A stretch of DNA of 23,850 nucleotides from positions 1 through 23,850 of the forward strand of contig JBHICG010000055.1 of assembly GCA_046759445.1 (NCBI GenBank). Direction: 5' to 3'. The position numbers were made by a program, and so were the translations under genes. The notes under the pieces are model-generated. The model had not been told where the DNA came from, made no database searches, and saw only the letters and a program-made list of their open reading frames with translations. Numbering within the stretch: the stretch's first letter is position 1; every line of letters starts with the position of its first letter. This stretch comes from Candidatus Scalinduaceae bacterium (lineage in GTDB: Bacteria; Planctomycetota; Brocadiia; Brocadiales; Scalinduaceae). This document shows positions 9,511-19,029 of the stretch, in pieces.

Positions 9511-11074
9511 CATCCTTGACAGCTATAAAATTGGTTATGATACCTTCATCGTCTTTGACAGGTGAAATGTATGCAAGTTCCCAGTAGAGTTCTCCATTTT
9601 TTTTCTTATTACAAAATTCTCCTCGCCATTCCTTTCCTGAAGTAATATTTCCCCATAGCTCTTTGTACACTTCCGAGGATGTTTTACCTGATTTTAAGAA
9701 ACGGGGGTTTTTCCCAATGGATTCTTCTAAGGTGTAACCTGTTAATTTTGTGAATTTGGGATTGACATATTCTATATTACCTTTAGTGTCCGTAATCACA
9801 ACCGTACATGAACTTTGTTCGATAGCATGAGACAACTTACGTATTTGCTCCTCAGCCTTCTTTCGTTCGGTAATGTCCTCGATAACGGAAATAAAGTACT
9901 TTGGTTCACCACTAGAATTACGTACAAGCGACACCGTTAGATGTGCCCAAATGATAGAACCGTCCTTCCTGAAGTAACGTTTTTCCATTGTGTAGCTGGA
10001 AGTTTTTCCGTCCAAAAGCTCTTCCCGAACCATATCCTGTGTATTAAGGTCATCAGGACATGTAATGTCCCTGAATGTGCGTTTAAGAATTTCTTGCTCT
10101 GAATGTCCTGTGATTTCACAAAAGCGTTTATTAACTCTTAAAAATTGGCCATTCAGAGCAACATGAGCCATACCAACGGCAGCTTGTTCGAATGTACTTC
10201 TAAATCGTTCCTCGCTATCTCGTAATACATTTTCCATCGTTTTGCGCTCGGCTATGTGTTTTTCCAGATTTTCGTTAAGGTTCTTCAACTCTTTCTCAGC
10301 CTGTTTGGACTCAATCAAAACCCCTATTAAGCTTGCTGAAACGCGTAAATGATTCTTTGCTATTTCTATTATAAAAGATGGACGTGAGACATATTTGTCG
10401 GCTTGCTTACGAAGTTCGTCCACACTAATATTGAATTTATCTGCGATTTCTTCTAGTTTCTGAGAATCCTTGGGTGGGGTGCCGTATCCAAAATTGATAG
10501 ACCCCACGACCTCGCCATGAGCTAAGATTGGAATAGCGTAGATCCTGATACCTCCATTACATTCGGCATCAACTGGTTGAACCGTTTTCATTGAGACTTG
10601 TGAGGCATCTGTAAAGCATGATTCGTGGCAGAGCCATTTTCCACCTGCCAATGCCTTTCTGTTATCTTTCGTGTTGCAGAGATTCCGAGAGGCATTGTCT
10701 AATAAGCGACACCAATCCGAGGCAAAAATACCTAATGCATAGTCACCATTCTTTTCATAGACTGCTGATGACGTACCGAGCGTATCAAGAAATTCGTTCA
10801 CAATTTCGGTTAGAGCATCTTCTCCGATCGAATCAGCTATCACACGGCAGGTGTTTATTGAGGAGAGGTTACCGTAAGGTTGTACATATTTTCCATTTTT
10901 CTTTTGCCGAATAGAATCAGATTTTGTGCACTTCTTCTGACTCATTTTATTGGCTTTTAATGTATCATTCGCATCATGTAACCCGGTTTCCAATGCTTCC
11001 AACTCTGCAATCCGACGGCACAACCCTTCCAGTTCATCCATAAGTTGCTCTCTTGTTTTTTCTTTGACTTTCAT
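8366..11074 (-). CDS. Hybrid sensor histidine kinase PocR-like-PAS-PAS-HisKA-HATPase-REC
   Basis: Start placed at ATG 11074 (MKVKEKTREQL, GGAG 5 nt upstream) rather than 11227. Cys-rich PocR-like region (WCRLL...WLCHESC...ECNGGIRIYAIPI...GSINFG), two PAS domains, and the same kinase/receiver tail as 2775-5009. Confidence 0.92.
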   Translation of the reverse strand: MKVKEKTREQLMDELEGLCRRIAELEALETGLHDANDTLKANKMSQKKCTKSDSIRQKKNGKYVQPYGNLSSINTCRVIADSIGEDALTEIVNEFLDTLGTSSAVYEKNGDYALGIFASDWCRLLDNASRNLCNTKDNRKALAGGKWLCHESCFTDASQVSMKTVQPVDAECNGGIRIYAIPILAHGEVVGSINFGYGTPPKDSQKLEEIADKFNISVDELRKQADKYVSRPSFIIEIAKNHLRVSASLIGVLIESKQAEKELKNLNENLEKHIAERKTMENVLRDSEERFRSTFEQAAVGMAHVALNGQFLRVNKRFCEITGHSEQEILKRTFRDITCPDDLNTQDMVREELLDGKTSSYTMEKRYFRKDGSIIWAHLTVSLVRNSSGEPKYFISVIEDITERKKAEEQIRKLSHAIEQSSCTVVITDTKGNIEYVNPKFTKLTGYTLEESIGKNPRFLKSGKTSSEVYKELWGNITSGKEWRGEFCNKKKNGELYWELAYISPVKDDEGIITNFIAVKDDITERKKMDEMILQTEKLRAMGMMTSGVAHDFNNILAVISGNAQLMGEKYGDHKEMMDGFRIIRKAVNDGAEIVRRMKKFTKVERDASEFMSVDIKKILEQAIEFSRPRWMNIAKAGEITYNIDKTGIKKIPDVLGNPPELREVFVNIINNALDAMTGGGCISFCTWSKDDTVFVSISDTGEGMTEEVRKRIFDPFFTTKRSEGSGLGMSVTYGVITGHGGKIEVESEVGKGATFTLSIPITRETPQLAVSPDPPRKIKAHGLRILVIDDEEEICSVLNKYFSRDGHEVRSVNNGTEAIKLLKNEDFGLILCDLVLPDMSGHDIVKVLDALDKKPKVGLITGWDEKIETKSKEELKIDFIIRKPFDFSTLTSHINEAFNTG

Positions 11075-11213
11075 TTGCGCTCCACAACCTGTTTCTTCCG
11101 ATTTTCTTTCTAAACCAAGTGAGATGAAGTCTTGTCGTCCTCTACAACAAGAATCGTATAATGCTTGTTCAGGTTGGCATTTTACTCCGAAACCCCTAAA
11201 CATCAAGTTAATT

Positions 11214-11585
11214 TCAGAGACCTTCAATAGAAATCCTCACCTGCGTGAGTAATTTGTCTAAGTCAAGTGGTTTGTGCATGCAGGCTACCACCGGAGGTTG
11301 TAATGATTGAATCTCTGTATCGATCAAATGATTAGCTGTCACCAGTATGACCGGCATCCCTTCTGCATTTTCCGGCAGGTTTTTAATGAGTTCCAGTCCG
11401 GTGTTTCCAGGCATGTTAATGTCGGTAATTAAGAGGTCATACCTGGCTAACCGCAGGATCTCGATAACGGCCCCCGCTTCGGAGGCGCACTCGCACACGT
11501 ATCCCTCCCTACGTAACAAGTCTGCAGTCGATTGTAAAAAAGTCTCATCATCATCGGCAATCAAGATACGTCCAGAATCAGCCAT
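11214..11585 (-). CDS. Single-domain response regulator
   Basis: ILIADDD, LITDINMPG, LVT and KP receiver motifs. Confidence 0.88.
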   Translation of the reverse strand: MADSGRILIADDDETFLQSTADLLRREGYVCECASEAGAVIEILRLARYDLLITDINMPGNTGLELIKNLPENAEGMPVILVTANHLIDTEIQSLQPPVVACMHKPLDLDKLLTQVRISIEGL

Positions 11586-11841
11586 TTGTATAACCTTTCA
11601 TCGTAATGAGTATTTATCAAACTCAATTTATGGAATTACATAGGATTAAAAATAAAGGAATCGGGGAATTTTAACCACAGCAAATTCCACCTTGGGCAGG
11701 TTATAAAGTTGCTTACACGGGTACCTCTTCCTTCTACATTCCTGAAATTAACAGGAATTAGCACCTTACGTTGGAGATAAGTGGTGCCCGAAGAACATCC
11801 AATTGATTGACTGGCTAGACAGGCATTGCCAGTGCCGCACG

Positions 11842-12237
11842 TCATTTATTCTTTGCTTGTCTATAATAGTTAAAAAATATCTTATCCTGTGTCATAATGT
11901 GATCGATAATCCAGTCGTACACTAATTTTCTAAAAATATATACGTTAGAATGATCAGTGTTTGATGACCGATGATTTGTGGCACCCAGTTTCTCTATCAA
12001 ATCGTTATGCAACTCTCTATGCTCTTCAAATCCGGGAAACTGTACTTCTTGCATTAACTCTTCCTCATGGTCAAAATGCTCTCTTGTATGCTTGAACAAA
12101 TCCATAACCACCTTTTTGACGTTTAAGCCATTCATGTTTGATATTTCATTACCAAGATAAAATATTTTTTTATGCTGTTCATCAAGGAGTTTATCACCAA
12201 CCGAATAGGAACTCTCCCAGTTGAATTTGACACTCAT
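11842..12237 (-). CDS. Bacteriohemerythrin (di-iron protein)
   Basis: W..SYSVG...LDEQH, HFDHEE, HRELH and WIIDHIMTQD give the full hemerythrin ligand set. Confidence 0.92.
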   Translation of the reverse strand: MSVKFNWESSYSVGDKLLDEQHKKIFYLGNEISNMNGLNVKKVVMDLFKHTREHFDHEEELMQEVQFPGFEEHRELHNDLIEKLGATNHRSSNTDHSNVYIFRKLVYDWIIDHIMTQDKIFFNYYRQAKNK

Positions 12238-12341
12238 AATATTCTTCCTTCCTATCTATCGTATAAGATATACCCTCTGGCTGTTCTACAACACCTTCAT
12301 TTGGTAATTCCTTTTATATTGCTGTTACCTTCCCATTCCGG

Positions 12342-12773
12342 TCATTTTCTGTAATCAGCGTCCTTCTCTGTAGAAAGAGATTTTGATAAATCCTTCAGAA
12401 ACATGTTAAGGGCGTTACAAGCTTGCTTTTCTCCACTCTTAAGCTGGTCAGCAAGGAAGGTATTGTAAATGCGCATTTCGTCCACTATTTCGTCTACCGG
12501 GGCACCATTCGTCAACTTATCGGCCACACTCAATAAATGTTTCGCCGCCGACTTGTGTTGCGCAACTACCCCTTCCAGATCTTTGGTTTCAGCAAGGAGC
12601 AGTTTCTTGTAAGCCTCCCCAACTGTGCCGGGTTTGCAGCACGACTGCTTGATCCTTTCTGTGTGTAACTGAATCTTCACAGCATTGGCAGCAAGGGCTG
12701 TTGCCTGATCGGTAAGTAACAGTAAAATATTATCCCTATTGTGGTCTTTCGTTAATTTGTTATCTTCGGCCAT
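12342..12773 (-). CDS. Hypothetical protein, probably alpha-helical
   Basis: 143-aa ORF co-oriented between cheW and hemerythrin, with an AAAGGGA RBS-like tract. No family recognised. Confidence 0.65.
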   Translation of the reverse strand: MAEDNKLTKDHNRDNILLLLTDQATALAANAVKIQLHTERIKQSCCKPGTVGEAYKKLLLAETKDLEGVVAQHKSAAKHLLSVADKLTNGAPVDEIVDEMRIYNTFLADQLKSGEKQACNALNMFLKDLSKSLSTEKDADYRK

Positions 12774-12809
12774 GCTATCCCTTTATCATACAACACATGT
12801 CTCGGTACC

Positions 12810-12838
12810 CCTGCGGCGTATCGTAGACACGCCGCAGG
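12810..12838. terminator. GC-rich hairpin directly after cheW (terminator or stabilising hairpin)
   Basis: CCTGCGGCGT-N9-ACGCCGCAGG with 10-bp perfect arms. No U-tract. Confidence 0.45.
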
Positions 12839-12845
12839 CATGAAT

Positions 12846-13346
12846 TTAAGATGTCTTCTCTTTCGCCATCTGTTCAACCATTTTTATTACTTCAACTGAT
12901 AGTACTTTCTCAATATCAAGCAGTATTACTATCTTCTTCTTCGTCTTGCCCAAACCCATTATGAAATTCGTGTCTATGTCCTTCCCGAAACTCGGCGATT
13001 CTTCTATATCCTCTCCCTTTATGTCCGTCACTTCCGAAACACTATCCACTATGACCCCTACCTGCGCAGTGCCAACCTCCGCCACAATTATGCACGTCTC
13101 CTTCGTGTGTTCCACCTCCGGCATCGCAAATTTTAACCTCAGGTCTATTATGGGTATAACCTTTCCTCTCAGGTTAATGACTCCCTTCATGTAGTCCGGA
13201 GTTTGAGGTACAGGGGTGATTTCCATAATCCCGATAATTTCTCTAACCTTGAGTATCTCAATCCCGTATTCTTCGTTGCTTAAGGCAAATGTTAGAAATT
13301 TTCCCTCATGACTTGAAATATCTCTTTCTTTTAGTACTGTTTCCAT
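12846..13346 (-). CDS. cheW: Chemotaxis coupling protein CheW
   Basis: FLTFAL..EEYGIEILKVREI, ITPVPQTPDYMKGVINLRGKVIPIIDLR, GVIVDSVSEV, ILLDIEKVL. Confidence 0.97.
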   Translation of the reverse strand: METVLKERDISSHEGKFLTFALSNEEYGIEILKVREIIGIMEITPVPQTPDYMKGVINLRGKVIPIIDLRLKFAMPEVEHTKETCIIVAEVGTAQVGVIVDSVSEVTDIKGEDIEESPSFGKDIDTNFIMGLGKTKKKIVILLDIEKVLSVEVIKMVEQMAKEKTS

Positions 13347-13468
13347 CTTATTTTTTCTCCTTTTAAGTGTTTGTACGGATTTCCTGATCTTTGCTCATAA
13401 CCCTTACCTCCCAGGCCAATCCATTCGGATGAGCAGGCTTACCAACTCCATTCTAAATGATAATAGTC

Positions 13469-13544
13469 TTTTACATGGTACCCTATGCTGCCCCATATTT
13501 TGGGGACAGCATGGAGCGTCAACGCATTACCCACCCATGTAAAA
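13469..13544. other. Nested inverted repeats downstream of the chemoreceptor pair
   Basis: TTTTACATGG (13469-13478) and CCATGTAAAA (13535-13544) enclose ATGCTGCCCCA-TATTT-TGGGGACAGCAT (13485-13512). Confidence 0.5.
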
Positions 13545-13594
13545 TTTATTCTTCTGACTTCTATCTTCTGCTCGCTATCCACTGTCACCTGTAC

Positions 13595-15679
13595 TTAAAA
13601 ATCCTTCACTCTTTCATCATGTTCTGAAATTGAATCGGTACCCATTGGAATTGCTGCTTCTAAGTCTTTGTTACGTAAAGAGCCTTCTAAACCATCCCCA
13701 TTGCCCTCATCGGCAACTGGCTCAGCCTTACGTACGGATTGTTGTCTTTTAGCTACTTGTAGCTTTTTAACTGCATGGGTACTCGTTTGCCCTGCTAGCC
13801 CTGAATGTGCCTGCCTCAGGCGGGTTGTTGCCTCAGCAGCACGTGATTCCTCAGTAGCTGCACCTGCACCACCAACCTGTGCCTCCAATATCGTGACCTG
13901 TTCCTTCGTGTTTTGTGCCTGCGCCGACATCTCTTCACTCGCAGATGCCGTCTCTTCAGCATTGGCTGCATTCTGTTGGGTAATCTGATCCATCTGTTGC
14001 ACTGCATTGCTCACCTGCTCTATACCCTCAGACTGCTCTGAAGATGCATTTGCTATCTCCTTCGTCAGGTCTGTTACCTTAGTAACATTCTTAACTATGT
14101 CCTCCAGTGATTCTCTACACTTATCTGCAAGCTTGGCCCCATTGTCTGCCTTGGTAACACTGTCTTCTATCAATGATGTAGTATCTTTTGCCGCTGTCGC
14201 ACTCCTCTGTGCAAGGTTTCTTACCTCTTCTGCCACCACTGCAAACCCCTTCCCGTGTTCACCCGCTCTCGCCGCCTCCACTGCAGCATTAAGCGCAAGA
14301 AGGTTAGTCTGAAATGCTATACCATCTATTACCTTTGTAATCTCTGCAATCTTCTTATTACTTGCATTTATCTCTTCCATCGAACTGTTCATTTCTACAA
14401 CTGCCTTGTTACCATTCTTTGCAGATACACTGCACATATCTACCAGTTTAGCTGCTTCGTTAGCATTACCAGCATTCTGTTTTGTCACGGATGCCATCTC
14501 TTCCATAGATGAAGACGTCTCTTCCAAAGATGATGCCTGCTCTGAAGTTCCCTGCGCCAATTCTTGGCTAGACTCGGATACCTGGCCGGTGGCAGATTCA
14601 AGTTGGTCAGAAGCTGAGGTCAATGACGCAATCACTCTTCTTATGGGTCCAGTAATCGATCGAGTTATTAAAAATGCTACTACGATGGAAATAGTAACTC
14701 CAGCGCCAAGCAGTATCCACTCCATGGTCAGAAGGAAGGATGTAAGGCTCTTCGCTGTTCCCGCATCAGTTGCCATCAATTGTCTTTGATTTACAACCAT
14801 ACCGTCAAGCTGTTCTATGATCGCACCGGCTTCTGGGGCTGCCTTAGTTCCCAGCCACGCGTTGGCCAGGTTCCACTCAGCACTTCCCCTGATCTCGAAC
14901 ATCTTTGGTGGTAAGGGGCTGAATTCCTCTCTGGCACTGCTAAATGCATTGAATGCCTCAAGCTGCTCGGGTGACAAGAGCCTGGCATTGTCAGTGAGGT
15001 CACCAAACCGCCTGATATTCTTGGCCCATAATTTATCAAATTTCTTTTTAAACTTTTCATTACCGGAGAGCAAATACGCACGTATGTTCGCGAGTGACAG
15101 GCCGGTAGTACCCCGCACGTCTGCCATCATGCCAAGCAATGCCTTTCTTTCGGCCGTCGCTTCCAAACCTGCCTCCAGGTCGATCATCTTGGTGATGTTG
15201 GTCACCATTATGGCTGCCCGTGGAGCTGCCTCTTCAAACAGTATCTTGGTGGCCGGTGTATTGTCTACTGTCTGGGCAATGTCCTCAATCTCTTGCTGAT
15301 ATTTTCTGAAATTTTTAAACTTCTCTTGCATAATCTTAAGCCTTTTTACGTTCTCCGGGTTCGTCCAGTTGACCGCATACTTCTCCATTGCAGCTAACGG
15401 TTTATCTATATCTTCAGACCATGCCTCTGCACGTTGATCCTTGAACTTATCATTGCCCAGGATGATCCAGCCTCGAAGTGCGGCCAGAGAGTAGTTAACC
15501 CCGTTAAGCAATGAAATACTTGTTTGTGCAGTAGGTGCCCGCAAATCAATGACTCGGTTGATTACCGTGTTCGTCTTGCCAACCTGCCATACTGTGGTCA
15601 GCACCGCTGCAAGTAGTACTATCGTCATTACGCCAAATCCGCATACTATTTTTGTCCCCAACTTCATACTTTTAAACAT
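13595..15679 (-). CDS. Methyl-accepting chemotaxis protein with large helical periplasmic sensor
   Basis: Two TM segments, ~290-aa helical sensor with an internal repeat ([17 protein letters not shown] / [17 protein letters not shown]), signalling tip [37 protein letters not shown]. Confidence 0.96.
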   Translation of the reverse strand: MFKSMKLGTKIVCGFGVMTIVLLAAVLTTVWQVGKTNTVINRVIDLRAPTAQTSISLLNGVNYSLAALRGWIILGNDKFKDQRAEAWSEDIDKPLAAMEKYAVNWTNPENVKRLKIMQEKFKNFRKYQQEIEDIAQTVDNTPATKILFEEAAPRAAIMVTNITKMIDLEAGLEATAERKALLGMMADVRGTTGLSLANIRAYLLSGNEKFKKKFDKLWAKNIRRFGDLTDNARLLSPEQLEAFNAFSSAREEFSPLPPKMFEIRGSAEWNLANAWLGTKAAPEAGAIIEQLDGMVVNQRQLMATDAGTAKSLTSFLLTMEWILLGAGVTISIVVAFLITRSITGPIRRVIASLTSASDQLESATGQVSESSQELAQGTSEQASSLEETSSSMEEMASVTKQNAGNANEAAKLVDMCSVSAKNGNKAVVEMNSSMEEINASNKKIAEITKVIDGIAFQTNLLALNAAVEAARAGEHGKGFAVVAEEVRNLAQRSATAAKDTTSLIEDSVTKADNGAKLADKCRESLEDIVKNVTKVTDLTKEIANASSEQSEGIEQVSNAVQQMDQITQQNAANAEETASASEEMSAQAQNTKEQVTILEAQVGGAGAATEESRAAEATTRLRQAHSGLAGQTSTHAVKKLQVAKRQQSVRKAEPVADEGNGDGLEGSLRNKDLEAAIPMGTDSISEHDERVKDF
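13944..14553 (-). repeat. 610-bp chemoreceptor signalling module, copy 1
   Basis: Appears identical to 16143-16752 (offset 2199). Confidence 0.93.
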
Positions 15680-15802
15680 CCTTAATCCTCCATTTATTCG
15701 GTTAAATTACTGTTAAAAAAATAAATTGTCCGCATTACCCACCCATGTAAAATTTATTCTTCTGACTTCTATCTTCTGCTCGTTATCTACTGTCACCTGT
15801 AC

Positions 15803-18169
15803 TTAAAAATCTTTCATCCTTTCACCATGTCCAGAAGTTGAATCAGCATCCATTGGAATTGCTTCTTCTACGTCCTTCTTATGTAAAGCGTCTTCTAAAC
15901 CCTCCCCATTGCCCTCATCCGTATCTGGCCCGGCTTTGCGTACAGGTTGCAACCTTTTAGCTTTATGGGCACTCTCCAGATCTGCTACACCTGAATGTTC
16001 AAAATGAAATGTTTCCTCTTTTCTCGTTGTTTTCTCACCAGCAGTATTCACTTTTTCATCGACTCTTTTACCAACCTGTGCTGATAATATCTTTACCTGA
16101 TCCAAGAGTGATTCTGCTTGAGATGATAATTCCTCACTTGCCGATGCCGTCTCTTCAGCATTGGCTGCATTCTGTTGGGTAATCTGATCCATCTGTTGCA
16201 CTGCATTGCTCACCTGCTCTATACCCTCAGACTGCTCTGAAGATGCATTTGCTATCTCCTTCGTCAGGTCTGTTACCTTAGTAACATTCTTAACTATGTC
16301 CTCCAGTGATTCTCTACACTTATCTGCAAGCTTGGCCCCATTGTCTGCCTTGGTAACACTGTCTTCTATCAATGATGTAGTATCTTTTGCCGCTGTCGCA
16401 CTCCTCTGTGCAAGGTTTCTTACCTCTTCTGCCACCACTGCAAACCCCTTCCCGTGTTCACCCGCTCTCGCCGCCTCCACTGCAGCATTAAGCGCAAGAA
16501 GGTTAGTCTGAAATGCTATACCATCTATTACCTTTGTAATCTCTGCAATCTTCTTATTACTTGCATTTATCTCTTCCATCGAACTGTTCATTTCTACAAC
16601 TGCCTTGTTACCATTCTTTGCAGATACACTGCACATATCTACCAGTTTAGCTGCTTCGTTAGCATTACCAGCATTCTGTTTTGTCACGGATGCCATCTCT
16701 TCCATAGATGAAGACGTCTCTTCCAAAGATGATGCCTGCTCTGAAGTTCCCTCCGCAAGACTCTGGCTCGATGCTGATATCTGTACTGTTGCAGATGATA
16801 CCTGATCTGACCCATTCGATAGGTTATCGATTATTCCCGTAAGTGTCTTTATAAGAGGTCGTACTATCACGAACCATGTTATCGCTATAGTTATAGCCAT
16901 TATTCCTACAATGATAAGGCTTATCCAGCGAAGTGTTGCCACCTTTCCAGTCGCTGCTCCCTCATACATTCCCACACCTTTGTTCATCTCTTTCAAGAGT
17001 TCTACATTGTTACCATTTATATAAGTTAGGGCATTGTTCGTCTCTGGAGCGAGTTTCAATACTGCGTTTATGTTTTCGTAAAAACTCTTCCACAGCGTTT
17101 GTACACTCGTTAGTTGTGCAAGGATGGCATCATCTGTCATTGTAGACAATCCCAGTTCACTATCACCGGACATGAGACCTTTAAGTGTCTTATCGAAGAG
17201 ATCGGAAGTACTTTTTAAAGTGTCGCTTGATTCAGTTCCCTGCACAAGACCCAGTGTCTCTTTTACAATCTTCTGTGAAAGCATCCTCTGTTTACCTGCA
17301 AGATTTATTGTCCTTGAGTCAAATGCATTACCCTCTAACAGCATCACTACTTTATGTGATGCCTTCAATAACTCTATATTATTTTCGTTTATATAAGATA
17401 AAGCTGCGGCTGCCCCTGCTGGATTAGCTAACACAGCGTCCACATTCACACGAAACTCCTTCCATAATTCCTGTACTTGATTAAGTTGACTTATAACCTT
17501 TGGGTCTTTAGTTTGCGAAAGTTTCAATTCTTCATCGCCCGCTATTAGGCCTTTGAGTGTCTTATCAAATAAATTGGCTGTCTCTTCCAGAGTTTCCTTT
17601 GTACCTATTCCCTGACTCAAGGCAATTGCTTCCTTTGACATCTTTTGGGTAAGCATTCGCTGCTTACCTGCAAGATTGATTTTTACCGGATCAGATGCCT
17701 TTTTCTCTAACATGCCCACTGCCTTGTTCATCTCTTTCAATAATTGTATATTATTATCATTTATATATGATAATGCTGCAGTTGTTTCTGCTGAATTAGC
17801 TAACACAATTTGCAGGTTTGAATTAAGGTCTTTCCATAGTTTCTGGACGTGATTGAGTTGACTTATGATACTAATACTTTCCGTTGGTGGGATTCCCATC
17901 TCTTTATCACCGGAGATCAGACCCTTTAATGTCCTATCAAATAAACCGGCCGTCTTTTCCAGAGATTCCTTTGAACCTATGCCCTGACTCAGGGCAATCG
18001 CTTCCTTTGACATCTTTTGAGTGAGCATTCGCTGTTTTCCTGCAAGATTAATCACCACGCTATCCCCTTTTTGCTTGGATAAAAAAGAAAGCGTTATACC
18101 AGTTCCTGCTCCGCTTAAGATCAAAAAAATGGCCAATACAACAACTAATTTGGACTGTATGGTTTTCAT
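15803..18169 (-). CDS. Methyl-accepting chemotaxis protein with three tandem PilJ/NarX-like sensor domains
   Basis: [10 protein letters not shown](T/S)QK occurs three times at 372-bp spacing, between two TM segments. Signalling domain as in 13595-15679. Confidence 0.96.
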   Translation of the reverse strand: MKTIQSKLVVVLAIFLILSGAGTGITLSFLSKQKGDSVVINLAGKQRMLTQKMSKEAIALSQGIGSKESLEKTAGLFDRTLKGLISGDKEMGIPPTESISIISQLNHVQKLWKDLNSNLQIVLANSAETTAALSYINDNNIQLLKEMNKAVGMLEKKASDPVKINLAGKQRMLTQKMSKEAIALSQGIGTKETLEETANLFDKTLKGLIAGDEELKLSQTKDPKVISQLNQVQELWKEFRVNVDAVLANPAGAAAALSYINENNIELLKASHKVVMLLEGNAFDSRTINLAGKQRMLSQKIVKETLGLVQGTESSDTLKSTSDLFDKTLKGLMSGDSELGLSTMTDDAILAQLTSVQTLWKSFYENINAVLKLAPETNNALTYINGNNVELLKEMNKGVGMYEGAATGKVATLRWISLIIVGIMAITIAITWFVIVRPLIKTLTGIIDNLSNGSDQVSSATVQISASSQSLAEGTSEQASSLEETSSSMEEMASVTKQNAGNANEAAKLVDMCSVSAKNGNKAVVEMNSSMEEINASNKKIAEITKVIDGIAFQTNLLALNAAVEAARAGEHGKGFAVVAEEVRNLAQRSATAAKDTTSLIEDSVTKADNGAKLADKCRESLEDIVKNVTKVTDLTKEIANASSEQSEGIEQVSNAVQQMDQITQQNAANAEETASASEELSSQAESLLDQVKILSAQVGKRVDEKVNTAGEKTTRKEETFHFEHSGVADLESAHKAKRLQPVRKAGPDTDEGNGEGLEDALHKKDVEEAIPMDADSTSGHGERMKDF
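16143..16752 (-). repeat. 610-bp chemoreceptor signalling module, copy 2
   Basis: Appears identical to 13944-14553. Confidence 0.93.
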
Positions 18170-18319
18170 ACTTCAATCCTCCCTTTCTTCGGTTAAATTA
18201 CTGTTAAAAAAATAAATTGTCCGCATTACCCATACTAAATAAAAGCCTGATGGCTATATTCTATTTGTTATGCTATTTTCTACAAAGGCCAGAAGCCTGC
18301 GTTACTGTAGCGCAGGCAT

Positions 18320-18387
18320 AAAAAAAGCACGACCGACTTACGTATCTATCTCTTTCTCTCTCTATAGAGCGTATTCGATCGCGCCTT
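18320..18387 (-). terminator. Intrinsic terminator in the leader of the chemoreceptor operon
   Basis: Minus strand GCGCGATCGA-ATACG...CGTA-AG-TCGGTCGTGC followed by TTTTTTT, ~150 nt upstream of the start codon at 18169. Confidence 0.7.
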
Positions 18388-18389
18388 AC

Positions 18390-18433
18390 TTACAGGCCCG
18401 CGTTTCCTCCTGCACGTTAATTCAACCCTACAA
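18390..18433 (-). ncRNA. Candidate riboswitch aptamer, resembling the Na+-sensing DUF1646 class
   Basis: Minus strand UUGUAGG-GUUGAAUUAACGUGCAGGAGGAAACGCGGG-CCUGUAA has a 7-bp closing stem directly before a terminator. The class rests on recalled GGUUGAA/GUGC/CGGGCC motifs and is unverified. Confidence 0.45.
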
Positions 18434-18539
18434 CTCATATTTAAACCGCCTAAAAAATACTTGCATTTTAACACTCAAAGCTTAAGACCCTAATTTTTCT
18501 ACAAAAGGGTTAAAATTCTCTATTAAGGTTTCAAGTCCC

Positions 18540-18626
18540 AGCCCGACAAAGTCGTTCTGGCGGGCGACCGAGTCCTGCCCGAAACCTGCCCGAACTGGTA
18601 CAGGCGGGGACATGGTCAGGCGGGCA
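18540..18626. repeat. Nested GC-rich GCCCG...GGCGGG short repeats
   Basis: Three GCCCGA and three GGCGGG units within ~90 bp of otherwise AT-rich intergenic DNA. Confidence 0.55.
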
Positions 18627-18772
18627 TCCGGACGTGAAGGATTTCAATAAGATATAATGAAAAAGCACATATCCCCCCCCTTCACATGTGGCCAAAAGGA
18701 ATAAACTGAGTCTAATGTGAATGCAAGAGGACAATTAATCCCCTAATTAGAAATTGGGTGAGATTTGGATAA

Positions 18773-18788
18773 AGCAAGGGAAATGCCA
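18773..18788 (-). promoter_or_regulatory. Sigma54 (-24/-12) promoter facing the chemoreceptor operon
   Basis: Minus strand TGGCATTTCCCTTGCT: exact GG-N10-GC spacing with TGGCA and TTGCT, just downstream of a sigma54 activator gene. Confidence 0.65.
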
Positions 18789-19029
18789 TTTAATAATAAG
18801 GGGGAATCAATTCTGTGTAATATCCGATGATACAGGGACTTACATCTTTAAAATAAATTTTTCAGGGGTAGAGCAGGTATGGCTTTCGGGTAATTATACC
18901 ATAGAAAGTATTCCGTAGTTATGGAATTGAATCAATATATATATTGTGACACAAGTCAGGAAGTTTTGGCCTTTATCTACACCTCTGGAGATGAAGAAGA
19001 AATGATATTTACTCTGAATTACGCACAAA

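Noticed and set aside
11075..11227. N-terminal extension of the PocR-like kinase
   Set aside because: It overlaps the upstream gene, and ATG 11074 has a GGAG RBS and a typical start.
11725..11800. SAM-I riboswitch (minus strand GGTGCTAATTCCTG)
   Set aside because: The P1 AUC/GAU pairing and the kink-turn/pseudoknot region were not found; only two simple hairpins are present.
11822..11837. Second sigma54 site (minus strand CGGCACTGGCAATGCC)
   Set aside because: Spacing is correct but both halves deviate from consensus, so it is too weak to call.
13595..13612. CheR/CheB-binding pentapeptide at the receptor C-termini (RVKDF, RMKDF)
   Set aside because: The terminal Phe is present but the aromatic residue at position 2 is missing, so it cannot be supported.
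18531..18734. 67-aa minus-strand ORF
   Set aside because: Runs through the GCCCG/GGCGGG repeat cluster and has no protein-family signal.
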